From the NCBI GenBank assembly GCA_023442465.1, contig JAEZZQ010000050.1, positions 14,843 through 78,842 on the forward strand: DNA of 64,000 nucleotides, given 5' to 3'. Shown here in pieces: positions 38,794 to 47,082 of this stretch. The position numbers were made by a program, and so were the translations under genes. The number at the start of each line of letters is the position of its first letter. Positions within the stretch are counted from its first letter, which is position 1. This DNA is from Bacillota bacterium (GTDB lineage Bacteria; Bacillota; Clostridia; Lachnospirales; Lachnospiraceae). The notes beneath the pieces are model-generated. The model was not told the DNA's origin, searched no databases, and saw nothing but the letters and a program-made list of their open reading frames with translations.

Positions 38794-39663
38794 ATGAAAG
38801 GAATTATTCTTGCAGGTGGAAGCGGAACGCGCCTCTACCCACTGACAAAAGCGATTTCGAAACAAATAATGCCGGTTTATGACAAGCCGATGATATACTA
38901 TCCGTTGTCTACCCTTATGCTGGCGGGGATTAGGGAGATACTGATTATATCTACGCCCAGAGACGTGCCCGTATTCAAGGAATTGTTCGGCACGGGAGAG
39001 CAGCTTGGACTCGAGATTCAATATGCGGTTCAGGAATATCCCAGAGGGCTTGCGGACGCGTTTATCATTGGAGCAGATTTCATAGGAAACGATGGCGTGG
39101 CGCTGGTGCTCGGAGACAATATTTTTTATGGACAGAGCTTCTCAAGGGTGCTTCGCGAAGTTGCGCAGAGAGAAAAGGGCGCGACTATCTTCGGGTATTA
39201 TGTCCGCGACCCGAGAGAGTATGGAGTGGTGGCGTTCGATGAGAATGGAAAAGCACTTTCGATAGAGGAAAAGCCTGAAAAGCCGAAGAGCAACTATGCG
39301 GTGCCGGGCCTGTATTTTTATGACAATGACGTGGTGGAAATAGCCAAGAACGTGAAGCCTTCCGCACGGGGTGAAATAGAGATTACGAGTATCAACAACG
39401 AATACCTGAGCCGTGGGACGCTGATGGTAGAGACACTAGGAAGAGGCTTCGCGTGGCTTGATACGGGGAATCATGATTCTCTTCTGGACGCGGCAGATTT
39501 CGTATCGGCGTTTCAGAAAAGGCAGGGGCTGTATATCTCCTGCATCGAAGAGATCGCTTATAAAAGAGGATTCATTACGAAGGAACAGCTCCTTAAGCTG
39601 GCGGAACCATTGATGAAGACGGATTATGGAAAATACATGATAGAGGTTGCAAATGGGCTCTAA
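38794..39663 (+). CDS. rfbA: Glucose-1-phosphate thymidylyltransferase
   Basis: [19 protein letters not shown]-terminus and the AAAGGAG RBS. The ORF extension back to 38638 crosses the MITE and the promoter. Confidence 0.95.
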   Translation: MKGIILAGGSGTRLYPLTKAISKQIMPVYDKPMIYYPLSTLMLAGIREILIISTPRDVPVFKELFGTGEQLGLEIQYAVQEYPRGLADAFIIGADFIGNDGVALVLGDNIFYGQSFSRVLREVAQREKGATIFGYYVRDPREYGVVAFDENGKALSIEEKPEKPKSNYAVPGLYFYDNDVVEIAKNVKPSARGEIEITSINNEYLSRGTLMVETLGRGFAWLDTGNHDSLLDAADFVSAFQKRQGLYISCIEEIAYKRGFITKEQLLKLAEPLMKTDYGKYMIEVANGL

Positions 39664-41041
39664 GCTGAAGAATATGACTGTTTTTCTGGTCATTATAATG
39701 TTTGCGGCGGTAATGGGAATCGTATTATACGCAAACAAGGATTTTTTTAACAAGAAGGAAGAGCAGGAGGTATCTGCCGAGGTTCAGGAGAGCACGAAGA
39801 CGCAGGCAGATGTGCAGACGGCTCAGACGGGCTCGGATGAACGGGCATTTTTAACGGACGAAACCTTTTTTGATCCGGACAAAAAGCCTTATTCCTCCAT
39901 AGAGAAAATGAGTGAAAAGAATCTGTCACTGCTCATGACTTCGGTAGAAAAGGATTTGCGCATCCAGATTGTCGATAACGCGGGCAAGCTCGTGAAGGGA
40001 GAGTCTTTTTGTGCGGTCTTGAACGGAGATAAGGAATATTTGGATGAGGATCAGGACGGTGTCATTTACATCGATCATCTGCGTGCCGGTTCCTATGAAG
40101 TGACCTTGAAGGAGATCGTTGGTTATCGGGTACCGGATACGCCGGCCAGAATTGAAGTGAAACAGAGTGTAGAATATGTGGCGATCGACGATATCAGTCT
40201 GCTCATATTTACAGAGGAGGATGTAGATCCTGCGTTGGAGGATTTGGAAGTAAACGGTGCGGAAGACGATGCGGACAATAGTGAGATAACTAAAATGCAG
40301 GCGAACAATCCCAACGCGAAAATCGGTATCGATGTTTCCAAGTGGAACAAGGAAATCGATTGGGATAAGGTGAAAAGCGAGGGCGTAGAATTTGCAATTA
40401 TCCGCGTGGGCTACCGCGGAGCGACGACAGGCGCGTTGATTGAGGACCCTTATTTTAAGGCTAACATAAAGGGTGCTCTGAATGCAGGTATTCCCGTGGG
40501 AGTATACTTCTTTACGCAGGCGGTAAGCACTGTGGAAGCGGTGGAAGAAGCCAGCATGGTTATAAATATGTGCAAGGACTACAATATCAGCTATCCGGTT
40601 TTCATCGATACGGAAGGTGCGGGCGGCAACGGCCGGGCGGATGGCCTGGAGCTGGAGGCTCGAACACAAGTATGTAAAGCCTTTTGCGCTACAGTGGAAA
40701 GTGCAGGATACCGGGCAGGCGTGTACGGAGCGAGAAACTGGTTTAATGAGATGTTAGACATGAGCTCGTTAAAGGACTATATCATATGGCTTGCGGAATA
40801 TAGAGATGTTCCGGTATATCAAGGCTACTACCATATGTGGCAGTATACTTCCGGCGGAACTGTGGATGGAATTGAAGGCAAGGTGGACTTTAACTTGAGC
40901 TATTTGAAAATAGAATCTCCCAAGGCGGATGACGCTGAGAATACAAAAGGAACCGGGATACTGCCTGAGGCAGGAGAGCCTCTTGACGGAGAAATCGTGG
41001 AGCCGAAGGCAATCGGGGGGACGGAGAAAGCAGACTGGTAG
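39653..41041 (+). CDS. Membrane-anchored GH25 muramidase
   Basis: N-terminal TM helix and the GH25 motif [32 protein letters not shown]. The start overlaps the last 11 nt of rfbA. Confidence 0.8.
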   Translation: MGSKLKNMTVFLVIIMFAAVMGIVLYANKDFFNKKEEQEVSAEVQESTKTQADVQTAQTGSDERAFLTDETFFDPDKKPYSSIEKMSEKNLSLLMTSVEKDLRIQIVDNAGKLVKGESFCAVLNGDKEYLDEDQDGVIYIDHLRAGSYEVTLKEIVGYRVPDTPARIEVKQSVEYVAIDDISLLIFTEEDVDPALEDLEVNGAEDDADNSEITKMQANNPNAKIGIDVSKWNKEIDWDKVKSEGVEFAIIRVGYRGATTGALIEDPYFKANIKGALNAGIPVGVYFFTQAVSTVEAVEEASMVINMCKDYNISYPVFIDTEGAGGNGRADGLELEARTQVCKAFCATVESAGYRAGVYGARNWFNEMLDMSSLKDYIIWLAEYRDVPVYQGYYHMWQYTSGGTVDGIEGKVDFNLSYLKIESPKADDAENTKGTGILPEAGEPLDGEIVEPKAIGGTEKADW

Positions 41042-41136
41042 CAGGATGACTGCGGGCAGTTGCCAAATGGACAGGCGGATTTGCCTGCTTGGCATGTTGC
41101 CTGTATGAGAATAGAGAAAAGGAGCAGTTATTTAAA

Positions 41137-41694
41137 ATGGGAAAGATAGCGGTAGAGACATGTGAGATAGAAGGGCTTAAAGTAATTACGCCTGCAGTCT
41201 TCGGGGATTCCAGAGGATATTTCATGGAGACATATCATTATGAGGAGTTCAAGGAGGCCGGAATCGATCAGATTTTTGTTCAGGACAATCAATCGGCTTC
41301 GAAAAAGGGCGTGCTCCGGGGCTTGCATTTCCAGAAGGAATTTCCGCAGGACAAGCTGGTAAGGGTAGTCAGTGGAGAAGTGTTCGACGTGGCAGTAGAT
41401 TTAAGGGAAGGAAGTCCTACCTTTGGAAAATGGTTTGGCGTGGTTCTGTCTGCAGAGAATAAGAAACAGTTTTTTGTTCCGAAAAATTTTGCACACGGCT
41501 TTCTCGTATTGTCTGAGTTTGCGGAGTTCGCATATAAATGCACGGATTTCTATCATCCGAACGATGAAGGAGGCCTGCTTTACAACGACCCCGATATCGG
41601 AGTGAAATGGCCGATTCCGGAAGGAATGGAACTTATCATGTCCGAAAAGGACATGAAATGGGGCGGCATAAAGGAATATGCCCGGGAGAAATAG
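41137..41694 (+). CDS. rfbC: dTDP-4-dehydrorhamnose 3,5-epimerase
   Basis: FGDSRGYFMETY, LRGLHFQ and the HGF cupin motifs; 185 aa. Confidence 0.95.
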   Translation: MGKIAVETCEIEGLKVITPAVFGDSRGYFMETYHYEEFKEAGIDQIFVQDNQSASKKGVLRGLHFQKEFPQDKLVRVVSGEVFDVAVDLREGSPTFGKWFGVVLSAENKKQFFVPKNFAHGFLVLSEFAEFAYKCTDFYHPNDEGGLLYNDPDIGVKWPIPEGMELIMSEKDMKWGGIKEYAREK

Positions 41695-41702
41695 GACGTC
41701 GT

Positions 41703-42719
41703 ATGGTTAAAGATACACTCAAATTAAAAATAAAAAATGTTCCCAAAAGGGCAGCAGTTGCGGTATTCTATGTGATTGCCCTCATTTTGGCAGGGATTGT
41801 TGTGATGCACCACAATCCGTTGGCGGACCAGACTACCGAGCTTATGAAAAAGGTAATGGCTTGTGTGCTTATCGTGTTTACCTGCGTAATCTTCGGTATA
41901 TTTTACGATAGGCTTACGGTGCTGCCCAAGGAGCTGCTCCAGAACCGGAGACTGATATGGAAGCTGGCGAAGAATGACTTTAAAAAGAGATATGCCGGTT
42001 CTTATCTCGGCATGGTATGGGCATTTGTGCAGCCGGTGGTGACTGTCGTTATGTACTGGATCGTGTTCGACAGGGTATTCGATACGAGAAGTCAGCTTGT
42101 TGCAGGCGGGATAGAGGTTCCCTATGTCTTATACCTGACGGCGGGACTGGTACCGTGGTTTTATTTTTCGGAGGCGCTGAGCAATGGAACGACAGCCCTT
42201 ATGGAATATAATTACCTCGTGAAAAAGGTAGTCTTTAAAATAAGTATTTTACCTATTATCAAGGTAATTGCGGCTACCTTCATACATGTTTTTTTTGTAG
42301 TGATTTTATTGCTCATCGCCATAGGTTACGGTTATTACCCAAGCGTGTACACGCTGCAGGTTTTTTATTATAGCTTCTGTGAATTCGTGCTGGTGCTCGC
42401 CATCAGCTATTCGACCTGCGCAATTGTTGTATTTTTCAGGGATTTACAGCAAATCATAGGTATTATTCTCCAAATCGGCATGTGGGCAACACCTATTTTA
42501 TGGGATATATCCATGCTGAGCGATACGATGAAGCCTCTGTTCAAGCTGAACCCTATGGTTTATATCGTGAATGGTTACCGCAGCGCCGTGTACGAGCAGG
42601 AATGGTTTTTTGAGCATTTTTATTCCTCCACTTATTTTTGGATTTTTACGGTTACGCTGTTTTGCATCGGCTCTTTGATTTTCAAAAGGCTGAAAGTACA
42701 TTTTGCGGATGTGATGTAG
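41703..42719 (+). CDS. ABC-2 type polysaccharide export permease (Wzm/TagG-like) with an N-terminal extension
   Basis: FKKRYAGSYLGMVWAFVQP ABC-2 signature and six TM segments. The start is taken at ATG 41703 because the upstream ORF part overlaps rfbC. Confidence 0.8.
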   Translation: MVKDTLKLKIKNVPKRAAVAVFYVIALILAGIVVMHHNPLADQTTELMKKVMACVLIVFTCVIFGIFYDRLTVLPKELLQNRRLIWKLAKNDFKKRYAGSYLGMVWAFVQPVVTVVMYWIVFDRVFDTRSQLVAGGIEVPYVLYLTAGLVPWFYFSEALSNGTTALMEYNYLVKKVVFKISILPIIKVIAATFIHVFFVVILLLIAIGYGYYPSVYTLQVFYYSFCEFVLVLAISYSTCAIVVFFRDLQQIIGIILQIGMWATPILWDISMLSDTMKPLFKLNPMVYIVNGYRSAVYEQEWFFEHFYSSTYFWIFTVTLFCIGSLIFKRLKVHFADVM

Positions 42720-42730
42720 AAAGAAAATAT

Positions 42731-42881
42731 GGTTACTGTTCACACAGTAGCTTAACACTTGCTGTTAAGCTGCGTAAGAATATGATTCAAGAGATAATTT
42801 CTGCTTCGCGAAGCGAATTTAAATGCAAAAAGTTTGCATTGCAGAACATCATGCGTTACTGAGAACGGAATGAACAGTAAC
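42731..42881 (+). mobile_element. MITE-like repeat, family 1, copy 3 (about 150 bp with an internal insertion), with a perfect 7-bp duplication AAAATAT
   Basis: AAAATAT occurs at 42724-42730 and 42882-42888. The element sits between the permease and ATPase genes. Confidence 0.85.
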
Positions 42882-42914
42882 AAAATATTAGCGGTGCAAC
42901 GGAGAAACGGCTGA

Positions 42915-44192
42915 ATGAAAGAGAAAAAAATAGCGATACAGACCAAGGAATTGGAGAAAGTATATCGATTATATGATAAGCCTTCTGACCGGATGAAAGA
43001 GGCCTTCGGGCTGTCGGGGAAGAAGCGCTATAAGGAGCACCATGCGCTGGATAAGGTGGACATGACGGTGTATCAGGGCGAGACGGTTGGAATTATCGGA
43101 ACCAACGGATCGGGAAAGTCCACGATTTTGAAAATCATTACGGGAGTGCTGAACCCTTCCGGGGGAGAAGTGACCGTCAACGGGCGTATTTCTGCGCTTC
43201 TCGAGCTGGGTGCAGGCTTTAATATGGAATACAACGGTATAGAAAACATTTACTTAAACGGTACGATGATCGGCTTTTCGGAAAAGGAAATCGAAGAGAA
43301 AATGGATGCTATACTGGATTTTGCAGATATCGGCGACTACGTATACCAGCCGGTCAAGACGTATTCCAGCGGAATGTTCGTGCGCTTGGCCTTTGCGGTG
43401 GCAATTAATATCGAGCCGGAAATATTGATCGTGGACGAAGCGCTGTCGGTGGGTGACGTATTCTTTCAGGCAAAGTGCTATCACAAATTCGAAGAATTCA
43501 AGAAAATCGGGAAGACGATTCTTTTCGTCAGCCATGACTTGAGCAGCATCAGTAAATACTGCGACAGAGTAATACTGCTCAATAAGGGGAAAAAGCTGGG
43601 TGAAGGTTCTCCCAAGGAAATGATAGATGTCTATAAGCGGGTGCTCGTAGGGCAATATGCGATTGAAGATGAGGGGAAAGAGAACCTGTTAGATGACGAC
43701 GATTTAAAAGAGGCGGCGGCTGTGAAAGCGGGAATCAATCCTGATTTGCTGGAATATGGAACGAAGGCTGCCTGTATAACGGAGTATTATATTACGGACA
43801 GCGAAGGAATCAAGACTACTGCTGTTATAAAGGGACATGAATTCACGATTCATATGAAGGTGGAGTTTTCACAGGATGTTCCGGCACCTATTTTTGCATT
43901 TACGGTTAAAAATATAAGGGGTACTGAGATTACAGGGACGAATACGATGTTTGAGAAGACATTTTTAGAGCCGGTAAGGGCCGGGAGTGTGAAAGAGATT
44001 ACCTTCAGACAGAAGATGAGCCTTCAGGGGGGAGAATATCTATTGTCTCTGGGGGTAACCGGATATGAGAACAACGATTTTGCCGTGTATCACAGGCTGT
44101 ATGATGTAATCAATGTGACAGTGATATCGGATAAGGATACGGTGGGTTATTACGATATGGACACGGAGGCTGTAGTACGCGACTATATATAG
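42915..44192 (+). CDS. Polysaccharide ABC exporter ATPase (Wzt/TagH-like) with a C-terminal beta-sandwich glycan-binding-type domain
   Basis: Walker A GTNGSGKST, signature YSSGMFVRLAF, Walker B LIVDEALSVGD. An additional domain of about 170 aa resembles Wzt_C. Confidence 0.88.
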   Translation: MKEKKIAIQTKELEKVYRLYDKPSDRMKEAFGLSGKKRYKEHHALDKVDMTVYQGETVGIIGTNGSGKSTILKIITGVLNPSGGEVTVNGRISALLELGAGFNMEYNGIENIYLNGTMIGFSEKEIEEKMDAILDFADIGDYVYQPVKTYSSGMFVRLAFAVAINIEPEILIVDEALSVGDVFFQAKCYHKFEEFKKIGKTILFVSHDLSSISKYCDRVILLNKGKKLGEGSPKEMIDVYKRVLVGQYAIEDEGKENLLDDDDLKEAAAVKAGINPDLLEYGTKAACITEYYITDSEGIKTTAVIKGHEFTIHMKVEFSQDVPAPIFAFTVKNIRGTEITGTNTMFEKTFLEPVRAGSVKEITFRQKMSLQGGEYLLSLGVTGYENNDFAVYHRLYDVINVTVISDKDTVGYYDMDTEAVVRDYI

Positions 44193-44221
44193 CAGCAGGC
44201 GAGGGTAAAAGGAGAACTGAT

Positions 44222-46486
44222 ATGAATGCTTTTTCAAGCACGGAGCAGATTGGAAAAATAGTTCTTGACTATAAATATTATCCGGGTGAGGACCTTTACT
44301 GTGACGGAGAGGTGGAGGACGAGCTTCTGGACATTGTTAAAAACTATTCTTCCATAGAATATAGGCGTATTATTGAAGAGCGCGCCAAATGGCCGGTTCT
44401 CTATCATTTGTCTCCTCTCAGGGAAAATATTGTGGACTGGATTCCTATGGATAAAAATGCGAAGGTACTGGAGGTAGGAGCGGGATGCGGCGCGATTACA
44501 GGCAGTCTTGCAAAAAAAGCGGGAAGTGTTACCTGCATCGACTTATCCAGAAAAAGAAGTATGATCAATGCCTATAGGCATCAGGACTGTGATAACGTTA
44601 CCATACATGTTGGTAATTTTAAGGATATAGAGCCGGAGCTGCCGAATGATTTCGATTTTATTTATTTCATCGGAGTGTTCGAGTACGGTCAGAGTTATAC
44701 CGGAACTGCCCACCCCTATGAGGATTTGCTCAAGATGATGCTGCGCCACTTAAAAAAGGGCGGGAGAATCATCATCGCTATTGAAAATAGACTGGGACTT
44801 AAGTATTTCGCCGGGTGCAGGGAAGATCATCTGGGAACTTATTTTTCAGGAATTGAGGATTATGCACAGGGCGGCGGTGTGCGCACCTTCACTAGAGAAG
44901 GGCTGGAAAATATTTTCCGCGTCTGCGGGGTGGAAAACTATTCCTTCTATTATCCATACCCTGACTATAAATTTATGACTGCGTTGTATTCCGACAAGAG
45001 GCTTCCGCTGCCGGGAGAACTGTCGGAGAACAGCAGGAATTTCGATAGGGACAGAATGCTCCTTTTCGATGAGAAGCAGGCGTTCGACGGGATAATAAAG
45101 GACGGTATTTTTTCTGTATTTTCCAATTCTTATGTAGCGGTTATCGGAGATGGTTTCGATATAAAATATGCCAAGTATTCCAACGATCGTTCGCCGGAGT
45201 ACGAGATTCGTACCGAGATATGCATTGACGAAGATGGGAAAAAGATAGTAAAAAAACATGCGTTATCGAATGAGGCTATAGAGCATATCAGAAGTATGGA
45301 GACGGCATATATCGACTTGACGCAAAGATTCGAAGGAGGTAAGCTGGAAGTCAATAAGTGCAGCTTATGTGAAGACGGTAAGTCGGCGCAGTTCGAATAT
45401 GTGGAGGGGATAACGCTGGAGGAGATTTTGGACGGCTGCCTGGAGAGAAATGAGATTGATAAATTCCATGCGTTATTTAATGAGTATCTGGAGAGAATTT
45501 CTTATCATGAGGAAATGCCTGTGGCAGATTATGATTTGATTTTTTCCAATATATTGATTACACCAAAAGAGGCGGCTGATGAGGTGACGGATAAAGCTGC
45601 AGAGGAAGTTTTGGGTGAACCGGCTGGCAATGATGCCGGGGATACGGTTAAAGAAATATCAGTAGAAGCAGCTAAAGGAGTTGCCGGAGAAACAGCAGAA
45701 GAAACTTTCAGGGAGACAGTAAGTGAGGATTCATATTCAGAGGAACCTGGTCTTAAGGCGATAAAGGATGGAGTTTGGACGATCATAGACTACGAGTGGA
45801 CCTTCGGCAAGCCGGTTAGTGCCAAGGAAACGGCATTCCGCGCGGTATATTGCTATGTCCTCGAAAATGAGAAGCGAAATAAACTGAATTTAGATGCGAT
45901 AATAAACACTCTTGGTATTACGGAACGGGAGGCGGAGGAATTCCGTGAGCAAGAGATGGGATTTCAGGAGTTCGTTACCGGGAAGCATAAGTCTATGGCA
46001 CAAATGCGTGAATCCATAGGTTATAAAATTATGGAGCCGCTAAAGTGGGTGCATAAGTTTGATGATTCTTCAAAGAAAGAGAGAATACAGATTTATGAAG
46101 ATAGAGGAAATGGGTATTGTGAGGAGGATTCCTATTTCGTAAGGGACGCTTATGAAGGGGAAAATTTGATTCGTTTGGAGTTGGAGGCGGATGGGGATGT
46201 CAATATGCTCCGCATAGATCCGGCAATGGATTATTGTATCGTGCGGGTGAAGGCGCTGACTTTTAACGGAGAAGCGGTGGAGCTTGGCAAGAAGAATATT
46301 ATTACTAACGGGAAGAGTATGAGGGACGGGAGTTATGTGTTTGCGACGGAGGATCCTAATATAAATATCAGGCTGAGCAATTTGGAGAGGATGGGGAAGA
46401 ATGAAATAGTGGCAGAAATGGAAATTGTGCGCGTGCCGGAGGATATTGCGAAGGATATGGCGGGAGCGGTGAAGAGGATTTGGTGA
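44222..46486 (+). CDS. Bifunctional-looking methyltransferase / kinase-like protein (WbdD-like candidate chain terminator)
   Basis: SAM motif VLEVGAGCGAITG; kinase-like catalytic loop DYDLIFSNILI; IIDYEWTFG (DxE-type) segment. The last two are separated by an acidic low-complexity insert. The C-terminal region is about 200 aa. Confidence 0.65.
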   Translation: MNAFSSTEQIGKIVLDYKYYPGEDLYCDGEVEDELLDIVKNYSSIEYRRIIEERAKWPVLYHLSPLRENIVDWIPMDKNAKVLEVGAGCGAITGSLAKKAGSVTCIDLSRKRSMINAYRHQDCDNVTIHVGNFKDIEPELPNDFDFIYFIGVFEYGQSYTGTAHPYEDLLKMMLRHLKKGGRIIIAIENRLGLKYFAGCREDHLGTYFSGIEDYAQGGGVRTFTREGLENIFRVCGVENYSFYYPYPDYKFMTALYSDKRLPLPGELSENSRNFDRDRMLLFDEKQAFDGIIKDGIFSVFSNSYVAVIGDGFDIKYAKYSNDRSPEYEIRTEICIDEDGKKIVKKHALSNEAIEHIRSMETAYIDLTQRFEGGKLEVNKCSLCEDGKSAQFEYVEGITLEEILDGCLERNEIDKFHALFNEYLERISYHEEMPVADYDLIFSNILITPKEAADEVTDKAAEEVLGEPAGNDAGDTVKEISVEAAKGVAGETAEETFRETVSEDSYSEEPGLKAIKDGVWTIIDYEWTFGKPVSAKETAFRAVYCYVLENEKRNKLNLDAIINTLGITEREAEEFREQEMGFQEFVTGKHKSMAQMRESIGYKIMEPLKWVHKFDDSSKKERIQIYEDRGNGYCEEDSYFVRDAYEGENLIRLELEADGDVNMLRIDPAMDYCIVRVKALTFNGEAVELGKKNIITNGKSMRDGSYVFATEDPNINIRLSNLERMGKNEIVAEMEIVRVPEDIAKDMAGAVKRIW

Positions 46487-46497
46487 GGGGAGTGAGT

Positions 46498-46825
46498 GCG
46501 AAACTGGTGGGGAGTGGAAATTTTATGTACAATTCGGGGAGGCTGTGTGAGCCTTTCTTCGGTGGATTTGGTTTCTGTTCCGGCGCTCGCGGCTGTGTTT
46601 TCTAAAGGAAACCGTGGATGTTGCGGGGGCGGACGGGCCGGCAGCAACGGACATCCATGTCCTATGCTGCCTAAACGCCGCATCCTTGCGGCGTTTTCCC
46701 TAGATATTGGGGTTCCCTTAAGAAAGCACAAGCCGCTCGCTGACGGAACAGAAACCAAACCACCGAAGAAAGGCTCGGTGAGGTTGTGAATTGTACATAA
46801 AATTGGCGAGGTTACTAGTTTCGCA
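46498..46825. repeat. Long imperfect palindrome (about 330 bp) with a GC-rich core and an internal terminator-like hairpin
   Basis: Paired arms are 46498-46507/46816-46825, 46518-46535/46788-46805 and 46549-46582/46744-46776 (33-34 bp, one indel). A looser pair is 46583-46613/46711-46740. The core hairpin is AAACGCCGC/GCGGCGTTT at 46673-46696. Confidence 0.85.
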
Positions 46826-46835
46826 ATTGCAGGCA

Positions 46836-47075
46836 GAGAAAAAAGAGTGGAAGGGCGAAGAGGCTTGAGGAGAGAAGAGTGTGGAAGCGTCAAGAGACTT
46901 GTGAATGGAAAAGAAGAGAGTGGGAGTACGAAGGGGTTCTGAAAGAAAAAGTTGAAATGTTAAGAGGCTCGGGAAGAGAAACGAGTTGAGATATGAAAAA
47001 GTTCAAGGAGAGAAAAGGGTGGAGCATAAAGTAGCTGGAGCGTGAAGCGTGTTGAAATGTAAGGTGAGTTGAGGA
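46836..47075 (+). repeat. Purine-rich, C-poor degenerate tandem array (about seven units of 33-35 bp)
   Basis: Units resemble AGAGAAAAGAGTGGAAGnnGAAGAGGCTTGAGG. They are similar to coding sequence 47182-47230 of the downstream gene. Confidence 0.7.
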
Positions 47076-47082
47076 GTGGATC

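Noticed and set aside
46333-46893. A 186-aa minus-strand ORF and a 97-aa plus-strand ORF (46496-46789) in the gap after the WbdD-like gene
   Set aside because: Both lie on the long palindrome, which generates mirror ORFs on both strands. They have low-complexity composition, no RBS and no recognisable domain.
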